Source: Abditibacterium sp. (GTDB lineage Bacteria; Armatimonadota; Abditibacteriia; Abditibacteriales; Abditibacteriaceae). Taken from it: 64,000 bases of DNA. Below the pieces are notes generated by a model. The model searched no databases and was not told where the DNA came from. It saw only the letters and a program-made list of their open reading frames with translations. The DNA lies in assembly GCA_965199495.1 (NCBI GenBank), contig CBDASK010000003.1, forward strand, positions 992,001-1,056,000, in the 5' to 3' direction. How positions within the stretch are numbered: the first letter of the stretch is position 1; the number at the start of each line of letters is the position of its first letter. The translations under genes were made by a program, and so were the position numbers. Below are positions 1 through 12,217 of the stretch, piece by piece.

Positions 1-296
1 TTGATGATTTCTTGCGGCGTGTAGCCCGAATAAACCGAGCGCAGAATCGCGATTAAACCTTTGACGATGGTCGAATCGGAATCGGCGAGAAACTCGATGT
101 GCTGGTCATCCTTGCTATCGGCGACCATCCAAACTTGACTCTGGCAGCCAGTGACGATGTTTTCGTCGGTTTTTTCTTCGGTGGGAAAAGCGGGCAAATC
201 GCGGCCCATGTCAATCAAAAAGCGATAACGGTCTTCCCAGGCGTCGAACATCTCGAAGGCTTCGGTCAATTCCGAGGCGCGCTCATTTTGTGTCAT
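1..296 (-). CDS. sufE: SufE family Fe-S cluster sulfur acceptor (3' end outside window)
   Basis: Manual translation of the minus strand from ATG at 296: MTQNERASELTEAFEMFDAWEDRYRFLIDMGRDLP...IVTGCQSQVWM...FLADSDSTIVKGLIAIL. This carries the SufE GCQSQVW and ADSD..IVKGL motifs. Not in the ORF track. Confidence 0.93.
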   Translation of the reverse strand, partial: MTQNERASELTEAFEMFDAWEDRYRFLIDMGRDLPAFPTEEKTDENIVTGCQSQVWMVADSKDDQHIEFLADSDSTIVKGLIAILRSVYSGYTPQEII

Positions 297-401
297 GTCC
301 CTTTTAGACTAACCAATCCGTGCGAGGTGCGTCTAATTTTGGCAAAATAGAATCGCAATTCTGTTGCATCAAGGTCGTCAGTCGCAATTTACCTTTCTAT
401 C

Positions 402-1469
402 ATGTTTTCAGCCTCACATCTTCGCGCCCTCACTTTGGGCGCCGCTCTTTGTGTGCCCGCCCTTGCGCTGTCGGGTTGCGGCGGCGGTAGCGGCCCTTCA
501 GCGCCGCCAACTCCCACCAATACTCCCACGCCGGGAGCCACGCCGACACCGACGAATCCGGGTGGCGGCAGCCAATTATTGTTCGATGATTTCAGTTCGA
601 GCAAGATCAATTCGGGCGTGTGGAGCTTTTACGATCAGTATCAGCCGTTGCAGCGCACGCGCTTTGGTAACAACGGCATCAACCTCAACGAAGGTGGCGT
701 CAGTTTTACGCGCCTGACGCTTGATTCGTATAATCCCACGCCGCAGTTCAAGGGCAATTTTTTTCGCGGCACGGAGATTACTTCCAAGCAATCTTTCATG
801 GTCGGCAACGGCATCGAAGCTGAAGCGCGTTTGCGCGCGCCGGGTTTGCCGCCGGGCATCGTGTTCGCGTTTTTCATGATTAACAATCGTTACATTGGAG
901 CGCAAACGCCCGCCAACTATCGCAAAGACGAAATGGATTTCGAGTTTCTGACCAAGCAGCAAGACGATTTCGGCAACCGCAATCAGGTTTATACCAACGT
1001 GTGGAACAATTGGAACGAAGGTCTTTACGGTTATGATGGCGATTCGAGCAACAACACCACGCCCGACCGCGATCACGACGATCTGGTTTATGGCCCGTCG
1101 GTTGATCCCAACTACGATTACGCCAACTGGAACACCTACAAAATCCGATGGTATCCCGACCGCACCGAATTCTACGTCAACGACAATTTGGAGCGCACCG
1201 AGAGCGAAGTCAAACCCGATCAAGCGTTATCAATTGACTTCAATATTTGGACGCCAACACCTGATTTCCAGCAGGCCTTTAGCGGTAGTCTGCCGGGGCC
1301 GGTCTCGAATGCCGATAATCCCGACCGCAAAATTTACAATTTCGATGTGGACTATGTGCGCGTGAAAGCCTTGACGAGTGGCGCCAATAGCGCGCGCGTG
1401 GCTGTCGGTGCCGAGGCCGCCCAGCCGCTACCCGCGACGGCCAAATCGTATCGCACGTTGGGACGCTAA
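402..1469 (+). CDS. Glycoside hydrolase family 16-like lipoprotein
   Basis: Lipobox LSGC, Pro/Thr linker, LLFDDF start, catalytic DEMDFEFL (ExDxE) motif, YKIRWYPDRTEFYVND and C-terminal VDYVRV. Confidence 0.85.
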   Translation: MFSASHLRALTLGAALCVPALALSGCGGGSGPSAPPTPTNTPTPGATPTPTNPGGGSQLLFDDFSSSKINSGVWSFYDQYQPLQRTRFGNNGINLNEGGVSFTRLTLDSYNPTPQFKGNFFRGTEITSKQSFMVGNGIEAEARLRAPGLPPGIVFAFFMINNRYIGAQTPANYRKDEMDFEFLTKQQDDFGNRNQVYTNVWNNWNEGLYGYDGDSSNNTTPDRDHDDLVYGPSVDPNYDYANWNTYKIRWYPDRTEFYVNDNLERTESEVKPDQALSIDFNIWTPTPDFQQAFSGSLPGPVSNADNPDRKIYNFDVDYVRVKALTSGANSARVAVGAEAAQPLPATAKSYRTLGR

Positions 1470-1490
1470 GCGTTTGAGAGTGCAACAAAC

Positions 1491-4713
<3,223 letters not shown>

Positions 4714-4795
4714 GAGCTTCTTCCTCTCGGTGCCAAAGTCAACGTTAAAATATGCAGCCTTTGCACCGAGAGTGAGACACCAATCCATTTCAACC

Positions 4796-5413
4796 ATGCA
4801 AGAACGTTTATTTTCCATCAGCGCCAAATTAAACGAGTTGGCGCGCCGCGACGCCGATTGCGAACTGGCGGATTCAGCCAATCATTCGTATCAGTTGAAT
4901 CCGCCGCTGGAAATCGCTCAAATCGAGGAATTTGAGACAGCGCACAGCGTTGTTTTGCCCGCCGATTATCGCGCATTTCTGCTGAAAATCGGCGATGGTG
5001 GCGCCGGGCCTTACGACGGTTTGCCGCGCCTGAGCGCCATGCAAACGGCGGGGTTGGATGCACCGTTTCCCCATCGCGAGTTCTTTGACGTCAGCGATGA
5101 AACGAATCTGCCTATGGACGCTTACGGCGGCCAATGGACGGCGGGCACGCTACAACTGAGCGATCAGGGTTGCGGTATGCACGATTTGCTGGTTATATCT
5201 GGCGCGGCGGCGGGCCTGATGTGGCAAGACGACCGCGCCAACGGATTTGGTATTTTTCCGCTCGCGCGCAACCGCGAAGAGTTGGGCGAATCGCAGGAAG
5301 ACACCATACCCTTTACCATCGCCGAAGAGCCAGCCGAGCGCCTCTCTTTTCTGGATTGGTATGAATGGTGGCTCGACTGGAGTCTGGCAGAAATAAAAAC
5401 GCTCAGAGAGTGA
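4796..5413 (+). CDS. SMI1/KNR4 (SUKH) family protein
   Basis: IEEFETAHSVVLPADYRAFLLKIGDGGAGPYDG, DQGCG and C-terminal SFLDWYEWWLD. Confidence 0.8.
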   Translation: MQERLFSISAKLNELARRDADCELADSANHSYQLNPPLEIAQIEEFETAHSVVLPADYRAFLLKIGDGGAGPYDGLPRLSAMQTAGLDAPFPHREFFDVSDETNLPMDAYGGQWTAGTLQLSDQGCGMHDLLVISGAAAGLMWQDDRANGFGIFPLARNREELGESQEDTIPFTIAEEPAERLSFLDWYEWWLDWSLAEIKTLRE

Positions 5414-5439
5414 ATTTCAACGGCCTAATCAATTCAATC

Positions 5440-8400
5440 CTATTTTTTCATCCGATCCAAGTGCGCCTTGAGAAACTGGCCGGTATACGACTTCTCATTC
5501 TTCATCACTTCTTCCGGCGTGCCCGTGGCTATGAGTTCGCCGCCGCCCGCGCCGCCTTCTGGCCCCAGATCAATGATATGATCGGCGCACGCGATTAAAT
5601 CGAGATTATGCTCAATCACTAAAATCGTGTTGCCTTGATCGGTCAATCGCTGCAAAACCTCGATCAAGATTTTCACGTCGGCCATGTGAAGTCCGACGCT
5701 CGGCTCGTCCAAAATGTAAAGCGTGTGGCCCGTCGAACGCTTGGCGAGTTCCGTCGCCAATTTCACGCGTTGCGCTTCGCCGCCGCTTAGCGTCGTGGCT
5801 GGTTGGCCCATGCGAATATAACCCAGACCGACATCGCAAATCGTGCCCAGTTTGCGATTGAGCGCCGGAATCGCCTCGAATTCCTTAAACGCGTCCTCAA
5901 CGGTCATCTGCAAAATATCGGCGATAGAATGGCCTTTATATTTGACTTCCAAAGTTTCGCGGTTATAGCGTTTGCCGCCGCAGACTTCGCAGGGCACATA
6001 AACGTCGGGTAGAAAGTGCATCTCGATTTTGATGATGCCATCACCCTCACAGTTCTCGCAGCGCCCGCCTTTCACGTTGAAACTAAAGCGCCCCGGCCCG
6101 TAGCCACGCGCCTTGGCCTCGCGCGTGACGGCGAACAAATCGCGGAGAGGCGTAAACGCGCCGGTATAAGTCGCCGGATTACTTCTGGGCGTGCGACCAA
6201 TCGGACTTTGGTCAATGTTGATGATTTTATCAATCAAATCCAATCCGATAACCTCGTCGTGCGCGCCCCAACGCACGCTCTGTTTCGAGAGTTCATACGC
6301 CAAACGCGGATACAAAATATCTTGAACTAACGTTGATTTACCCGAACCTGAAACACCTGTCACGCAAACTAAACAACCCAAAGGCACTTTTACATCAATC
6401 CCTTTTAAGTTATGTTCGCGCGCGTTTTTAATTTCGATAGTGCCCTGCGCTTCGCGGCGCGTTTCGCGCATCGGAATTGTTTCTTTGCCGCTCAGGAATC
6501 TGCCTGTCGCGCTCTCTTTACATTTCAGAATATCGTCCAAAGTGCCCTGCGCGATAATCTCGCCGCCGTGTTCGCCCGCCGCCGGGCCGATGTCCACGAT
6601 GAAGTCCGCCGCGCGCATCGTGTCTTCGTCGTGTTCGACGACGATGACGGTGTTGCCCAACTTTTTCAGCCGTAACATCGTGTTAATTAACTTTTCGTTG
6701 TCGCGCTGATGCAAACCAATCGAAGGCTCATCTAACACATACAAAACGCCGACTAAACCACTTCCAATTTGCGTCGCCAAACGAATACGTTGCGCCTCGC
6801 CACCCGATAACGTCGCCGCCGCTCTATCTAACGATAAATAATCCAAACCGACATCCACCAGAAACTGCAAACGCTCCTGAATCTCTTTAACGATGGGCCG
6901 CGCAATCGTGCGCTCGCGCTCCGAAAGCGAGATTAAAGCATCGGTGTCACCCGGCGTGGCTACAGCTTCGTCGCCCATCACAATCGGGCCTTTAGCCTTG
7001 CCATTACGCTCGCCGCGCGTCAATTCGTCCTGTCGCTTCGCCAAATCTTGGGCCGCCGTTTCCAACGTTTCGCCATCGGTTTCGTTGGTCAACGGGTTGC
7101 CATCGTTGTACGCTTCGGCGCCGAACTTCAATTGGCTTTGCCGTTTCAGTTCGCCGAAAAAGCGCGCCGCATCGCCCACGCTAATGCCCGTCACATCGGA
7201 AATGCCTCGCTGCCCAACCGTCACCGCGCGCGGAAACGGTTTAAGACGCGCGCCCAAGCAACTCGGACACGGACGGTCGCTCATGTATTTGCCCAACTCT
7301 TCGCGCCACTGGTCGCCAAGTTCGGTATATTCGCGCTTCAAACTATTCAATACGCCTTCCCACGCGATATGATAACTTTTCTTGCGACCGTGCATATTGG
7401 TGTAGGTAATATGCACTTTACGGTCGCCCGACCCATTTAATACGACATCTTTGGCTTTATCGGATAATTCGCTCCAAGGTGTCGAAACCGAGAATCCGAA
7501 TTCTTTTTCCAAAGCCAGCATCATCTGTTTCTTATAATTCGAGTTGCTGCGTCGCCAAGGCGCTAAAGCGCCATTGTCAATCGCCAAACGCGCGTCGGGC
7601 ACGACCAATTGCGGATCGAATTCCTGATGAAAACCCAAACCCAAACATTCGGGACAGGCGCCATAAGGCGAGTTGAACGAAAAGGTGCGCGGTTCTAATT
7701 CCTCAAACGAAATGCCGTCGTAGGCGCAGGCGAAATGCTCGGAAAACGTCAGCACTTTCTCGGACGGTTCTGGCTCGCCGTCGCGCGTCACGATTTCGAC
7801 CATGACGATGCCTTCGGCCATTTTCAAAGTCGTCTGAACCGAATCGGCGATGCGCATTCGTTCGCTTTCGCGCGCGATGATGCGGTCAACCACGATTTCG
7901 ATGTCCTGCTTTTCGTAACGTTCGAGCTTGATGTCGTCGGTCTCGTCCAGATTGTAAATTTGGCCGTTGATGCGCGCGCGCGCGAAACCTTTCTTGCGCG
8001 CGTCCTCGAAAATCTTCTTGTATTCGCCCTTGCGCCCGCGCACGAGCGGCGCCAGAATATGCAGCCGCGTGCCTTCGGGCAATTCCAAAATCCGATCCAC
8101 GATTTGATCTACCGTCTGGCGAGCCACGACGCGCCCGCATTCGGGACAGTGCGGCGTTCCGGCGCGCGCATACAACAGGCGCAGATAATCGTAAATTTCG
8201 GTGACGGTCGCCACAGTCGAACGCGGGTTGCGCGACGCGGTTTTCTGATCAATCGAAATCGCGGGCGACAAACCTTCGACGAAATCCACATCGGGCTTGT
8301 CCATTTGCCCCAAAAACTGGCGCGCATACGACGACAAACTCTCGACATAACGGCGCTGACCTTCGGCATAAATCGTATCAAAAGCCAATGAAGATTTGCC

Positions 8401-8685
8401 CGAACCGGACAAACCGGTGATAACGACGAGTTTGTCGCGCGGGATATTCACGTCGATATTCTTGAGATTATGCTGGCGCGCGCCCTTGACGATGATATAT
8501 TTATCCGGCGTGGCTGCTTCAATCGCCCTGGTTTTGCTCGCGGTTTTCTTGCGAATTGCTGGCTTTGTTTCTGCGATTTCGGCGCTAATCACCTCGGCGT
8601 CAGGCGCTTGGATTTCGGTCTTTTTCGCGGGAGATTTGCGGGCAGTTGCGGCTTTTTTGGCGGGAGTTTTAGCGGCGGTCGGCAT
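5440..8685 (-). CDS. uvrA: Excinuclease ABC subunit A
   Basis: Two ABC ATPase modules ([40 protein letters not shown] twice) and Zn-finger CxxC motifs. Confidence 0.98.
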   Translation of the reverse strand: MPTAAKTPAKKAATARKSPAKKTEIQAPDAEVISAEIAETKPAIRKKTASKTRAIEAATPDKYIIVKGARQHNLKNIDVNIPRDKLVVITGLSGSGKSSLAFDTIYAEGQRRYVESLSSYARQFLGQMDKPDVDFVEGLSPAISIDQKTASRNPRSTVATVTEIYDYLRLLYARAGTPHCPECGRVVARQTVDQIVDRILELPEGTRLHILAPLVRGRKGEYKKIFEDARKKGFARARINGQIYNLDETDDIKLERYEKQDIEIVVDRIIARESERMRIADSVQTTLKMAEGIVMVEIVTRDGEPEPSEKVLTFSEHFACAYDGISFEELEPRTFSFNSPYGACPECLGLGFHQEFDPQLVVPDARLAIDNGALAPWRRSNSNYKKQMMLALEKEFGFSVSTPWSELSDKAKDVVLNGSGDRKVHITYTNMHGRKKSYHIAWEGVLNSLKREYTELGDQWREELGKYMSDRPCPSCLGARLKPFPRAVTVGQRGISDVTGISVGDAARFFGELKRQSQLKFGAEAYNDGNPLTNETDGETLETAAQDLAKRQDELTRGERNGKAKGPIVMGDEAVATPGDTDALISLSERERTIARPIVKEIQERLQFLVDVGLDYLSLDRAAATLSGGEAQRIRLATQIGSGLVGVLYVLDEPSIGLHQRDNEKLINTMLRLKKLGNTVIVVEHDEDTMRAADFIVDIGPAAGEHGGEIIAQGTLDDILKCKESATGRFLSGKETIPMRETRREAQGTIEIKNAREHNLKGIDVKVPLGCLVCVTGVSGSGKSTLVQDILYPRLAYELSKQSVRWGAHDEVIGLDLIDKIINIDQSPIGRTPRSNPATYTGAFTPLRDLFAVTREAKARGYGPGRFSFNVKGGRCENCEGDGIIKIEMHFLPDVYVPCEVCGGKRYNRETLEVKYKGHSIADILQMTVEDAFKEFEAIPALNRKLGTICDVGLGYIRMGQPATTLSGGEAQRVKLATELAKRSTGHTLYILDEPSVGLHMADVKILIEVLQRLTDQGNTILVIEHNLDLIACADHIIDLGPEGGAGGGELIATGTPEEVMKNEKSYTGQFLKAHLDRMKK

Positions 8686-8761
8686 AAGGAAATTGGGTGA
8701 AAAAATCGCCCATTGACCGACTGATTAAACGCGCAAAGGTGCCGTGTTTTTGCGCTTTGGT

Positions 8762-9099
8762 TTAATCCTCTTCAAGCGATTCTTCTAACAAAGGCTCGAT
8801 GTCGCGCGAATGCCGCGCGACTCGCAAAACAACGATTCCATCGCCCGAAGCCAAAGGTCGGTAATAAATGAGGTAAGAGCGAAACCCTTTCACTGGCGAC
8901 TGGCGAATGGAATGGAGGTGCGGTTTGGTCGAATCGCAGGGTGAGCCGATATAAGGCATATCGGCCAACAAATCCAACTGCAAGCGCACGGCGGCAAACA
9001 ATTTGAACGTTCTGTCTTGCGCGTCCTCACCCAAAACTCTGCGATGCCCTCCAAATCCTTACGCGCTGAAGGCAACACGATGAACGTGTTTTGACTCAC
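8762..9099 (-). pseudogene. RelE/ParE-family toxin, frameshifted
   Basis: N-terminus MSQNTFIVLPSARKDLEGIAEF and C-terminus GEDAQDR...MPYIGS...FRSYLIYYRP...IVVLRVARHSRDI lie in different frames. Adding one base to the A4 run at 9033-9036 joins them. Confidence 0.8.
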
Positions 9100-9393
9100 G
9101 TTGTGTTCTTCCCTCTCGCTTCAACTTTTGCGATGACATCGGAGTGAAGTTTGTCCCACCAGGCGTCGTCGGCGATCTCGCCTTCGCCACTTTTGAGTGC
9201 CTCCTCCAACAGCTTTTCCTCACGAGCCAACTGATCGGGAGTTAAATTTCGCTCGACAGCATACTCTTTATAACTGCGCTTTTCGCGCAAAATAGAACGC
9301 ACATATTGCGCATTATCTTCAAAACCGCGCGCGCGCTTCTTCGCTGATGAACTGAAGTTCCTCGTCGGGCAACTCGATTTGTAAAATGCTCAT
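9096..9393 (-). pseudogene. ParD-like ribbon-helix-helix antitoxin, frameshifted
   Basis: ATG at 9393 gives MSILQIELPDEELQFISEEARARF*. One extra GC unit in the (GC)5 run at 9327-9336 gives ...ARARGFEDNAQYVRSILREKR...LLEEALKSG...WWDKL. The ORF overlaps the toxin start by 4 nt. Confidence 0.75.
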
Positions 9394-9402
9394 GCTTTCA
9401 TT

Positions 9403-10317
9403 TTACTCCAAATCTTCGCGCCCGATACGCGATTTCACCACGCTCGCCAATCCCAAAGTCAACAGCGCGCCCGCGCCAACTTTCAAGCTCACTCCCAACG
9501 GATCTTTGACGCGCGAGGGCAAAGCGATCAGCGAACCGTCGGGGGCATAAGTCGCGCTTTCGCCGACGTAACGGCCATGTTCGGGCGGCGAAACTTCGCG
9601 CGCGAAGTCGCGCAAGGCACCAGCCACGTCGCCGCCGCTCATCGGTTTGCCGTGTCCGGCGCCGATGGTTTGCGGGTTCAACTCGGCCAATTTATGCGTG
9701 CTTTCGAGCGCCGATTTCCAATCGGGCGTGGCTGGCGAGGCCGAACGCGCCAACTCCTGCGGCACTTGCAGCATCGCGCCCGGCCATTTGTCAAAGTTCG
9801 CCGTGCAAATCGCGTCGCCCGCGATTAACGTTTTGGTCTCGGCGTCCCACAGCGAAATATGGCCGGGCGAATGGCCGGGCGTTTCGATGACTTTCCAGCC
9901 GGACAAAAAATCGAGTTCGCCGCTTGAAGGAATGAATTGCAAACGGTCGCCGAAATCGTATTCGGGATGTGGAAAAAATCGCGTCAAAAACGCGAGCGCG
10001 CCGCCAACTGTCGGATCGAACGGCGGATAGGCTTCTTCGCCATCGAGATACGGCTTTTCGCGCGCGCCGATATAAATTTTCACGTTCCACTGCTCGGCCA
10101 AAGCAAACGCGTTGCTCGAATGATCGAAATGGCCGTGCGTCAAAACGATGGCGACTGGCGGTTTGCCGAATTCGTGTTCCAAGGCTTTCAATGCGGGCAA
10201 ACCGGGCTTAATGCCGGTATCCACCAAAACCCAGTTATCGTCGGGCGTGTGAACGGTGTAGGCGTTGACAAACGCGATGGGAATGACGTGAACGTGCGGC
10301 GCGATTTCTTTGGGCAT
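9403..10317 (-). CDS. MBL-fold metallo-hydrolase
   Basis: LVDTG, THGHFDH, TPGHSPGH, AGDA and GHG motifs. Start MPKEIAP at 10317. Confidence 0.9.
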   Translation of the reverse strand: MPKEIAPHVHVIPIAFVNAYTVHTPDDNWVLVDTGIKPGLPALKALEHEFGKPPVAIVLTHGHFDHSSNAFALAEQWNVKIYIGAREKPYLDGEEAYPPFDPTVGGALAFLTRFFPHPEYDFGDRLQFIPSSGELDFLSGWKVIETPGHSPGHISLWDAETKTLIAGDAICTANFDKWPGAMLQVPQELARSASPATPDWKSALESTHKLAELNPQTIGAGHGKPMSGGDVAGALRDFAREVSPPEHGRYVGESATYAPDGSLIALPSRVKDPLGVSLKVGAGALLTLGLASVVKSRIGREDLE

Positions 10318-10354
10318 AATTGTGCGCGGGAACCGCGAATTTGATGCCGCGTTG

Positions 10355-10703
10355 TTAGAGCATTGGAAACTCTTCTCGATGTTTGATGCACAGTTTCGCC
10401 AAGTGTATAAAGGCTTCGCTATCATCCAAATATCTGGAACGTAAAGCTCTAAACACACCATACCAACCACTTTGATTTTCATTGAGTTGCTGGCACGCCC
10501 ATTTACAAAAATCGTTCCATCGCCTCGATTCTTGCGCTGCACCTTCATTGAAATTATGCGAAGCCATGCCACTATAAAATCCATTCAAGAAAGCGGCGGC
10601 TTCTTCTAATAGTGCCATTGAGCGTATACATTCTGGGGCGAACGCATATGCCCTCGACTAAAGTCGTGATCGATTGCTCATTGTAAAGATCTTTTGCATT
10701 CAT
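10355..10703 (-). pseudogene. Low-GC hypothetical protein, probably frameshifted
   Basis: ATG at 10703 gives MNAKDLYNEQSITTLVEGICVRPRMYTLNGT and then stops. The next frame continues LEEAAAFLNGFYSG...EEFPML. Removing one base near 10610 fuses the two. Confidence 0.5.
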
Positions 10704-10713
10704 ATCTCGTAAA

Positions 10714-12072
10714 TCAACCCAACGATTCGCGCCCCAACTGCGCCGCCAATCCGACGTAACTCGCCGGAGTCATCGCCAACAAGCGCGCTTTGTCGTCTTC
10801 GTCCAATTCCAAACTTTCGATGAAATCTCGAATCGTCGCTTCGTCCATCGTGGCGCCGCGCGTCAGTTCTTTCAATTTTTCATACGGATTATTGATGCCG
10901 GCTTTGCGCATTACGGTTTGAATCGGCTCGGCCAAAACTTCCCACGAATTATCTAAATCGCGTGATAACGCCGCCTCGTTGAGTTGCAATTTATTCAAAC
11001 CGCGTTTCAAAGACGAAAGCGCGACCAAACTATAACCGATGCCAACGCCCATATTGCGCAATGCGCTCGAATCGGTCAAGTCGCGTTGCAAACGCGAAAT
11101 CGGCAGTTTGCCCGCCAGATGATCCAGCATCGCGTTGCCCAAACCCAGATTCGCTTCGGCATTCTCGAAATCAATCGGATTGACTTTGTGCGGCATCGTT
11201 GAACTGCCGACTTCGCCCGCGATGACGCGTTGCTTGAAATAGCCCTGCGAAACATACGTCCAAATATCGCGCGCCAGATCAATCGCAATCGTATCAAATC
11301 TCACGAGGGTTTGAAACAGTTCGGCGATGGCGTCGTGCGATTCGATTTGCGTGGTGAGCGGATTATATGTCAAGCCCAACGAGCCGACGAAATCGCGCGC
11401 GATTTGGGGCCAATTCGCATCGGGATAAGCCGCGACGTGCGCGTTAAAATTGCCGACCGCGCCATTGATTTTGCCGAGATATTCCTGATTCCCAATCTGT
11501 TCCAACTGCCGATTGAAACGCGCCACGAAAACCGCCAACTCTTTTCCCACCGTCGTTGGCGAGGCGCTTTGTCCATGCGTGCGCGCCAGCATCGGCACAT
11601 CGGCCCATTCGTCGGCCAACTCGCTAATTTTATTAACGATGGCAAACGCGGCGGGCCGCCAGACATCAGCCACGCCGCCCTGCAACATCAAAGCGTGCGC
11701 CAGATTGTTGATGTCTTCCGACGTGCAGGCAAAGTGAATCCATTCGCGCGCATCTTCGAGCGAGGTATTTTCCAACTGTTCTTTGAGAAAATACTCGACC
11801 GCTTTCACGTCGTGATTGGTCGTCTTTTCGATGGCCTTGACGCGCGCGGCATCGTCATCGGAAAAATTAAGCGAAATCGCGCGCAGCGTTTTAATTTCAT
11901 CGAGCGAGAAATCGCGCACGCCGGGAATTTCGTCGGATTGCGAGAGCATGAGCAGCCATTCGATTTCGACGTGAACGCGAAATTTAATTAAAGCGGCTTC
12001 GGAGAAAAACGCGCGCAACGGTTCGGTTGCGGCGGCGTAACGGCCATCGAGTGGCGATAAAGCTTGAATCAT
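10714..12072 (-). CDS. purB: Adenylosuccinate lyase
   Basis: ALSPLDGRY, TNHDVKAVEY, HFACTSEDIN and GSSTMPHKVNPIDFEN signature. Confidence 0.98.
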   Translation of the reverse strand: MIQALSPLDGRYAAATEPLRAFFSEAALIKFRVHVEIEWLLMLSQSDEIPGVRDFSLDEIKTLRAISLNFSDDDAARVKAIEKTTNHDVKAVEYFLKEQLENTSLEDAREWIHFACTSEDINNLAHALMLQGGVADVWRPAAFAIVNKISELADEWADVPMLARTHGQSASPTTVGKELAVFVARFNRQLEQIGNQEYLGKINGAVGNFNAHVAAYPDANWPQIARDFVGSLGLTYNPLTTQIESHDAIAELFQTLVRFDTIAIDLARDIWTYVSQGYFKQRVIAGEVGSSTMPHKVNPIDFENAEANLGLGNAMLDHLAGKLPISRLQRDLTDSSALRNMGVGIGYSLVALSSLKRGLNKLQLNEAALSRDLDNSWEVLAEPIQTVMRKAGINNPYEKLKELTRGATMDEATIRDFIESLELDEDDKARLLAMTPASYVGLAAQLGRESLG

Positions 12073-12217
12073 CGGTGTTTAGGTTTACTCAAACCTTTAA
12101 CTCTGCGGGCTTAATTTCAGCGCGCGCACTCGATATAAAACAATCTTGTCGTAAGACAAAAATGGATTTGCGGAGAAAGCGCGCTTCAAACGGATTGGTC
12201 AAACTTAAAAAGATTTT

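Noticed and set aside
9403..10584. 393-aa N-terminally extended MBL hydrolase as in the ORF track
   Set aside because: The extension overlaps a separate low-GC gene remnant in another frame. The domain starts at ATG 10317.
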